The position numbers were made by a program, and so were the translations under genes. From Salisapilia sapeloensis CBS 127946 (taxonomy: Eukaryota > Protista > Oomycota): a DNA stretch of 64,000 nucleotides. Shown piece after piece: positions 56,962 through 64,000 of the stretch; position 1 is the stretch's first letter; every line of letters begins with the position of its first letter. Under the pieces are notes generated by a model. The model had not been told where the DNA came from. It ran no database searches and saw only the letters and a program-made list of their open reading frames with translations. The DNA is taken from the NCBI GenBank assembly GCA_023334545.1, contig JAADVB010000072.1, forward strand, positions 8,513 to 72,512, read 5' to 3'.

Positions 56962-58281
56962 TTACATACAAGCCCTGCCGACTTGGTTCGCGTCTAACGC
57001 CTTGGCGCGCATGATGCAGTTGTAGCAAGTGCTCCAGAGCTCTTTGCTTGACCCATGCGCGTCTTCGTCTGTGAGAATACCCGCTGCCATATTCAGCTCC
57101 ACGGTGCATTTCGAGCAAGCGTAGGCACCACATACTTGACACGGCATTATACTTTTCTTAAATGGAGACTTGCTTGCCTTTCGCTCACAAACCGAGCAAC
57201 AGTCGCTGCTTTTCTCTTTCTTGTCTGACGCGGACGCCGACAGTGATAATCGAGCGAGATACCGCACTCGCTTGCACACAGCAGACGTGATGATGTCCAA
57301 CGCGGCTTCAAAAATTTCGACACAAAACATCGTGATGGCCGCTTCTGCCAAGTTTCCACCAGGGTCGACGAACCCTCGGATGTGCGTCTCTAACACGGCG
57401 TCGGAATCGTCACTCTGCCAGCCGAGGAAACAGAAAGACATGTTGGCACGGACGAAGCCGTTGGCGTTTGGCAATGCACAGATGCGTGGATGTTTGTCGA
57501 GCGAATGGAGTATCGAGTAAGCGACTTTCCGACCGTCCGAGTCCGTCGTGGTTCCCGTGGCATGGAGACAGACGTGGTCTCGACTTGACGCCACACCGGT
57601 CATGTACACCGGACGTTTCTTCACGATCCACTTGATGCCAGCGTACCGGAACGGATCTTCTTCCGTCGGCTCCAGCAGAGTAGCCAATGTGCGGACGCTA
57701 TGAAATTTCGACCGTAGGAAGGAGTGGTCGATGCGCCATGACGTCAAATCCTGTGGCACACTTCCGAGCTGAAAGTCATCCACAGTCCCGTCTTGCGTCC
57801 CAGTGACCACGAACATGGGCGTCTTGGACGGCTTTAGATTGCGAATGTACCCGACATCGCTGCGGTCAGCGCTCGAAGCATTGTTGGATGAAGTTATTTC
57901 GTCCGAGGACGGAGGCGGCGAGTGCAGATCGGACTGATGATCATCCGAGTCGGTATACAGGTACGGTCTGGACGGCCCATCCCAATCCGATTCTTCCTGA
58001 TATCCCAACACATTCACTTTGCCACGACTGCTGCCCCTTACTTTTTCCTTGTACACACGAAGACCGTGCGTCTTCTTAACACATTGCCATTCGTTCGAGA
58101 AACTCTCCGAGTAACCACCACCCGAGTCGGACGGCGTAGGTGACAATGGCTGACGTGAACGACTTTCTGTAGCTGATCTTAGCGTATCCTCCAGTATGGC
58201 ATCGATCTCTTCATAGATGGCATCTTCCTCATCTTTCGTTAGCTCGAACTGAGGTATCCTTGATCCTGCTTTATGCGGCAT
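56962..58281 (-). CDS. START-like + FYVE-like protein
   Basis: LRVYKEK, GTQDGTVDDFQLG, EDPFRYAGIKW, RDHVCL..TG, VRANMS, C-terminal CSVC...CQVCGAYACSKC...CYNC. Confidence 0.87.
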   Translation of the reverse strand: MPHKAGSRIPQFELTKDEEDAIYEEIDAILEDTLRSATESRSRQPLSPTPSDSGGGYSESFSNEWQCVKKTHGLRVYKEKVRGSSRGKVNVLGYQEESDWDGPSRPYLYTDSDDHQSDLHSPPPSSDEITSSNNASSADRSDVGYIRNLKPSKTPMFVVTGTQDGTVDDFQLGSVPQDLTSWRIDHSFLRSKFHSVRTLATLLEPTEEDPFRYAGIKWIVKKRPVYMTGVASSRDHVCLHATGTTTDSDGRKVAYSILHSLDKHPRICALPNANGFVRANMSFCFLGWQSDDSDAVLETHIRGFVDPGGNLAEAAITMFCVEIFEAALDIITSAVCKRVRYLARLSLSASASDKKEKSSDCCSVCERKASKSPFKKSIMPCQVCGAYACSKCTVELNMAAGILTDEDAHGSSKELWSTCYNCIMRAKALDANQVGRACM

Positions 58282-60223
58282 CCTATTCCTTGTCAGGCGT
58301 TTTCAAGAGTGTGTAGGCTCGCTTTTGCAAACTTGTCAGCATCGCGTCAGCGCATTTTAACGCGTCGCGAAGAGAGCAAGAGTGGACCGGTTTTATGGAC
58401 TCGAGAAAAAGTTAGGTAACTTGCTCTGTGTACAATCGCTTTCGTGCCATGCCCGTAGATGTGCACTAAGAAACTATGTACGACTGAGGCATAGGATCTA
58501 GTGCAAAGCAGCAGCACCGTGTACTGGTTGAAAAGCTGAAAGCGCCCCACAAGCATTTGCATGCACGGTGTTGGATATGTAGAAACTAGCATTCGTACAT
58601 TGGATGCAAGTGGTATTGACGAGGGCAGCTACAATGAGGCGATTTTGAAGCGTCGTAAAAAAGTCAAGAGCGGCCACACTGGTACAGAAGCGCTGCGTCG
58701 GACAGAATCCAAGTGTCTGTATCCACTGATCTCGTCGGCTTTGCACTGTTTCGTCCTTCGTGGAGATAGTACAGTCCCTGACACAGATCAGCATTGAAGA
58801 CGGAGCAAGAGCGTCGTACTTGACGACGGACTGCAAGTGAGCCTTGAAGAGGTTACAACTAGCGAGCAAAGCACAACATAATGTACGACATATCTGCTGT
58901 GAATGTTGAGATGACCACGAAGCACGTCATGGTCTGCTTGGGTATAATTTCAGCTTCCGAGCTCCCTAGCTCGTTGGCGACGCGCCTGACCATTCCGTTA
59001 TTAAAGTGCAGCGTTTCTTTCTTCGCTCCGTATATTGTATTCGACGCAGGATGACAAACACACGCACGTGCGGCGACATCACTTTGCTTATTAGCATATC
59101 ACATCAGCTCATTGAAATCTATAGTCGAGCACATGGAACATATAGGCATTTCTGCTTTCGACGTGACCATCACGACTCGCATCATTATTCATGCAGCAAG
59201 ATATGTACTTTTTTGATTAAAAGCTACTATATGGAACACGGAGATGTGTCAACATCCTTTTGTCTTCATTGCTACTTATTGAAAAGACCTTTAATTTTCT
59301 CATCAAATTGGCATTCTTTCTAGAGTTTCCACGCACTGTACAACAAAGGTTGTCATGTCTATTGTTTATATTCTTCCTCTATCTGCTTACATAATCGGTT
59401 GAACTAACTCAAATCTGCTTATGCAGGTAAAATGGCGCATGGTACGATTGATCTATCTACTCGTACCCTTCGATAGCTCCAACTTGGCGTCATTGGCGTC
59501 CAAACAGTGTTTTCGTAAAATCCACATATATAAATGCCCGAAAATTTATTCATATAATTGATAGGAAACCATGAGTGGCCGAGTCGGGTCGAACAGAGTC
59601 ATATAGCAAAGTGATCTCGATCTCTGCTACGATATAAAAGTCTTTGCAAGATACTAAAAATTAACACAATGAGGGCCTGTTTACTACTTTTGCATATGGA
59701 CAGAGTTACCGCTTTGCAATCGCTCAATTAATCAGAAGATACAAGCTTGCTTGTCCCGACCTTCCCAAGGCTGCGATAAGCTTTTCAACGACAAGGCATG
59801 TATGCCTATACACGTTACTATTGATCAGTTATCATGTAAATCTCCTAAGATAACGTGGAAACCGACTTCATCTATGCTCTTTAACAAATCTGAATGTGAG
59901 TATAGACCAGAACAGCTATTTTCTTCGCATGTTGTCAGCAGGAAAAGCTCAGTACAAAGAATGGCTCCATATATGCAAATGAAGGCGCCTAATTGCCTCT
60001 TAGCTTTGCTTTTTCGCATGCATGCTGATGCAGACATAAGTCTCGTAGGGTATCAAGCCATAAAATAACTTCTCAAGATGTCCCTAGGATGGGTATAATA
60101 AAACGAAAGACTTGAATTGTACGCACACAACTTATTACCATTTCCGTTCTCCTCTTTGCCGATGACAAGCACTTGTTCCTTAGTCGTGCCTTCCATTAAG
60201 ACGACTTTTGCGCTTCTTTCGAT

Positions 60224-61495
60224 CTAAAAAGCAACTGGATTATCTGTCGAGTATCCCGACCCGGGATTTGACGACGATTGCTCCATGCGTTTCGGTGCCT
60301 TCATCAATGACCGAGCAATTCTTTCTGAAGGAATGGATCTCGCATGTACGATGCAGGTGAGGCAAAAGTACATGGGCTCCAACTGGGCTTCCTCATCCAT
60401 TTCCAAAGCCACTTTTTTCATGACACTGCACTTGGTGCAGACCATCTCTCGGCAGATTTGACACATGGAGCCAGAAAGCAAGCTGCCGAATTTGTTGACT
60501 CGACGCTCGCAACTCTTACAGTGGTCAGAAAAGTCACCATCAGCACGACCGTACGCACGACGCGACTCTCGAAGGAAGAAGACGAGCTTCTTGACGAAAC
60601 CAACTTCCACCACCTCAACCATGGTCAACAGAATTCCTGCCATGACATCGGCGACGAAGCCTTTCATGAGCTGTCCTTTCGCATCCGTCCACCCTCGGCA
60701 ATAGCATTGCACGGTCGAATCGCTTAGAGGGCGAACGGTGTAGCAGAAAGAGATAGTACCTCGAATGATGTTGAGTTCAGACAGGTCCGGTACACGTGAC
60801 AGTTGGATGGAATGCATAAAGTGGTAACCGATGCGTTTGCCTTGTGAGTCCTTCCTCGTGCCAGTCCCTTCGAGCACGAGGTAGTCGCGGCGAGCGGAGA
60901 CGGCACGGACGGTAATTGGTCTCTCTTTGACCATCCACTTGATCGCCAGGAAACGGAACGGGTCGTCTTCGCGTGGACTATTCAATCTTGCCAAGAACTG
61001 GATGTCGTCAAAGCGCTCTTTCACGTACGCTGCTCGCATTCGCCACGAAGACTCGTCCGTAAACAAGTTACCAAGCAAGAAATCGTCCATGGTACCGTCA
61101 ACGATGCCGCCACAAGCTACCATGGGGATGTGTGCTGGTTTTAGCGCTGCAATGATGGACGAGTTATCAGTTGAGGTGTAATTGAATGACCTATCGAGAC
61201 TCATATCGCTACTGGCTGGGTCGGAACGGGAAGCTGATAACGTCTTGGTAGCTTTTCGATAGCTTTTTTTCGCAGCGTACTCACTACTTCGCTGCTTGTA
61301 TGCATGCAATCTTTCCTTCGAAGCGACGTGCTTCCACTTGGTCTGGTCAAACACGTTGCCGTTCCTAGTAAACGCTTCATCATCTTCCACCTGCTCTTGG
61401 ATAATCTGCTCCGCTTCGCGCTCTAGCGCTGCGATATCCTCGTCAGAGAGATTTAGCGGTGGAATCGCCCCTTTTGGAAGCTTAAATTTTCCCAT
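60224..61495 (-). CDS. START-like + FYVE-like protein (tandem paralog)
   Basis: MGKFKLP start, LHAYKQR, GIVDGTMDDFLLG, DDPFRFLAIKW, RDYLVLEGTG, IRGTIS, CKSC...CQICREMVCTKC...CLTC. Confidence 0.88.
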   Translation of the reverse strand: MGKFKLPKGAIPPLNLSDEDIAALEREAEQIIQEQVEDDEAFTRNGNVFDQTKWKHVASKERLHAYKQRSSEYAAKKSYRKATKTLSASRSDPASSDMSLDRSFNYTSTDNSSIIAALKPAHIPMVACGGIVDGTMDDFLLGNLFTDESSWRMRAAYVKERFDDIQFLARLNSPREDDPFRFLAIKWMVKERPITVRAVSARRDYLVLEGTGTRKDSQGKRIGYHFMHSIQLSRVPDLSELNIIRGTISFCYTVRPLSDSTVQCYCRGWTDAKGQLMKGFVADVMAGILLTMVEVVEVGFVKKLVFFLRESRRAYGRADGDFSDHCKSCERRVNKFGSLLSGSMCQICREMVCTKCSVMKKVALEMDEEAQLEPMYFCLTCIVHARSIPSERIARSLMKAPKRMEQSSSNPGSGYSTDNPVAF

Positions 61496-61982
61496 CCTTG
61501 CTTGCTTTGCTCGCTGCCGAAACTTTTGACTTGTGAACACTTGAAGAAGACGTGTTAATAAGCCCCATCGCTCTCTGTCATCCACTACAGTCAAATCATC
61601 GTCGTTACGTAAGTTTCTGCTTCCACCTTATTCGCTTCCCACAGCTTAGATCAGGGTCATTTCTACTAGCTTCAGTCTCTTTCCAATTTTAAGTCGCACT
61701 ACCAGCAATTAAAGGACTTGCATCTCATTGAGTATTTGGAAACCATCTACTTTAAATAGAAAAATCTTTTTACCTTGATCGTATCCATACATTGACTGGA
61801 CCAAGCTTTAGCGCGTTAAGAAAGTACACACGTCACTTACGTGGACGCTATCAACAGATGCCAGCTAATCAGATAGAGCGGACCATCTCTACCCGGAAAA
61901 GGATTGCCGTCGGTACGGTACGTAGTTTAGTTTCAGATTTCGACCATATTAATTCACAGATGACGCATGCTACTGCCACCTT

Positions 61983-63653
61983 CTACTGCCATGTTCTAGA
62001 TTGCCAATGCCATCGCCAGCTTGGCTGCTTTCCGATAGAGTGGAAAGAAAGGTCTTGTGCACTACTTGAGGCACCGTTCCGTTTTGACTGTAGAGCCAAA
62101 TGATGGGTCGTGTAAAATGCTGACATCTCTTGTCGGAGCAAGCTTAATCGGTATATCCGTCGAGCACGCGTAACTTGGACAGCCTGGTGTTGACGAACGA
62201 TCGATTGGATGCGTATAGCCGCACGTCTTTGACGGTTCAAGCATTGTCGCCGTAAGTAATTTTTTATTGGAGCCATTACGATCTGTGCAGCAGCCTCTAG
62301 CCGAGTTTGTTCTTCTGTGTAACTTTCCACCGATGCTCTATGCATCTCTTCTTCGTCAGCATCTTCATGAATGTTCGCACCCGACGAAGCGGTGGATTCA
62401 TGAGAATTCATTAGATTGTTACCAGATTCATCTTTACAAGCAGCTTGGATCTTGATGTCTCTGGAAAGCAAAGAATCCGGCGTGGTGCTGTATGCATGCT
62501 CTTCAGAACAGACCAGCGTCAGCGAATATGCGAGGCGCGGAGCTGCTGAAACTATTGCGTTTGGTTGCACAGTAAGCTCGCGTTGCGCCTCCCGAACTGC
62601 ATGCCATTGCCACAAGGCACGATAAATAATCGCTTGTGCTTTTGACTTCGCCTCATTTCGCTCCACCAAGAGCTTTCGAAACCATTGCTGAAGTACTCGG
62701 CACCGCATGTGTCTCTTCATTGCACAGAGCAAGATCTCTCTTCGCTCTTCCTCTTCTTGCTGTAGCTTGCGCAAAAGCACTCTCGCTACTGCCTGTCTCC
62801 ACCACATTTGAAGCTTCAAAGTAACACGATTGTCTTCCTCTTCGCGTCGTAGCTTGCGTAAGAGTAATCTAGCTACCATTTGCTTCCACCACATTTGGAG
62901 CTTTGCAGAAGCATCATTTTCTTCCTTTCTTCGTTTCTTAAGTCTGACAAACCATGACTGAATGGCAGCTTGTAGACAGCGAGAAGCAGCATCCGATCGA
63001 CGTGAACGCAATGTTTGACAAGCACCTTCGTACTTGAACATATTCAATGCATCACGAGCGATACCACCTACTAGCCGGCGGTATCGAGCAGGAGTTGTTC
63101 CTTTTAAAGTCAAATTTGTCACCCAAGCCGGGACACATTCCTCTACTTCTGACGCAGCGTTCTCTAACACATAACATCTTTCTTTGGAGTATTGACGCAG
63201 TTGTTGCAACCGCTTTACATGAGCATTCGTACAATTACTAGAAACTTCATGATCGTCGATTAATTTAGCTTGTGTTTTATCATTCTCATGATATCTGCTG
63301 TTTGCGTTACTGCTAGTGCAATCAACACCTGCATGTAAATCATATCGAGATTCACCATCAAGTGCAAACTCTTGTGTAAATGTCCTTGGTTTCGTTCGAT
63401 GCGATTTATACAGCGCTCTCGATTCATAATTGTTCGGAAGTGGTTTAAGCTGCGTACATTTACGCGACGGTGACGTTTTCAAAGCAGATTTCGTCGCCTG
63501 CAGAGAGGCAGCATAGCCCGAGAGTATTCGTGAAAGATCATCAGGGTGAGGAGATTGAAGTAAATCCGACCTACCTAGAGACTTTATCGAAACCAGTTGT
63601 GGATGTGGACTCTTCAATTGCTGACGCTTGTGTGAGTTTAGTGTCCGAGACAT
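61983..63653 (-). CDS. IQ-motif (calmodulin-binding-like) repeat protein
   Basis: Multiple IQ-like motifs: AAIQSWFVRLKKR, KLQMWWKQMVARLLLR, KLQMWWRQAVARVLLR, VLQQWFRK, AAIRIQSIVRQHQA. Confidence 0.75.
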   Translation of the reverse strand: MSRTLNSHKRQQLKSPHPQLVSIKSLGRSDLLQSPHPDDLSRILSGYAASLQATKSALKTSPSRKCTQLKPLPNNYESRALYKSHRTKPRTFTQEFALDGESRYDLHAGVDCTSSNANSRYHENDKTQAKLIDDHEVSSNCTNAHVKRLQQLRQYSKERCYVLENAASEVEECVPAWVTNLTLKGTTPARYRRLVGGIARDALNMFKYEGACQTLRSRRSDAASRCLQAAIQSWFVRLKKRRKEENDASAKLQMWWKQMVARLLLRKLRREEEDNRVTLKLQMWWRQAVARVLLRKLQQEEEERREILLCAMKRHMRCRVLQQWFRKLLVERNEAKSKAQAIIYRALWQWHAVREAQRELTVQPNAIVSAAPRLAYSLTLVCSEEHAYSTTPDSLLSRDIKIQAACKDESGNNLMNSHESTASSGANIHEDADEEEMHRASVESYTEEQTRLEAAAQIVMAPIKNYLRRQCLNRQRRAAIRIQSIVRQHQAVQVTRARRIYRLSLLRQEMSAFYTTHHLALQSKRNGASSSAQDLSFHSIGKQPSWRWHWQSRTWQ

Positions 63654-63877
63654 CGATGCTGTTTAACAATACTCGAGTGCAACTAAAGCTGCAGAAGTCT
63701 ACAGAGCTAAATAGATCCTAAAATACGAATGCTGACGTTTCATCACCTACTTTATGGAGATCTCTGCACCACGAACTACTCATTCATTGGAGCTGCAACT
63801 TTCAATCGCACAAGGATTAATATTCAATTCCAATACGCTTATTGTATCGTGCGCAGCTTGAAAGTTCACGGCGGAGC

Positions 63878-64000
63878 CTACTGACAGCAAGAGACGGATC
63901 GGTGGTTGAGCGGCTGGAGCGCTCTGGCGTTCGGTGTTGTGATGGTTTGCCGGAAGGTTTCCAGTTGCTCCAGCGATACCTCTGCTTCCTCCGAAAAGAC
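63878..64000 (-). CDS. Possible 3' end of a gene running off the window
   Basis: Open minus frame VFSEEAEVSLEQLETFRQTITTPNARALQPLNHRSVSCCQ* with gene-like codon usage. Too short to identify. Confidence 0.35.
   Translation of the reverse strand, partial: VFSEEAEVSLEQLETFRQTITTPNARALQPLNHRSVSCCQ

Overview
Gene-dense eukaryotic nuclear DNA, almost certainly from an oomycete (probably the Pythiales/Peronosporales side). Support: short GT-AG introns (mostly 48-62 bp), INR/FPR-like core promoters, and oomycete-typical families (START-like+FYVE-like proteins, PX-like+RING, GIN-domain surface protein, SWEET, elicitin-like domain, TKL receptor kinase). About 28 protein-coding genes can be reconstructed by hand, many by splicing ORF-track fragments. 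Housekeeping genes: SRP40/NOLC1, N6AMT1/HemK2, MYG1, CPT1, NSUN6-like, PurL/PFAS, ADPGK, PTGES2, AP-3 beta, mitochondrial RF1 and an ATRX-like SNF2. Several AT-richer gaps (15.5-16.4, 26-28, 51.8-53 and 58.3-58.9 kb) carry spliced or decayed coding relics. No rRNA, tRNA, CRISPR or intact transposon was recognised. The best candidate for an undescribed system is a 4-exon gene at 28650-30513 that joins a signal peptide and a six-cysteine elicitin-like ectodomain to a TM helix and an intact TKL kinase, i.e. a possible single-chain sterol/lipid-sensing receptor kinase. Other leads: a tandem SH3b-like repeat protein, a CPT1 with the animal malonyl-CoA regulatory N-terminus, an RF1 with a PVN instead of PxT recognition loop, and an ATRX-like helicase with a C-terminal BRCT domain. 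All calls come from manual motif recognition; no database search was run.
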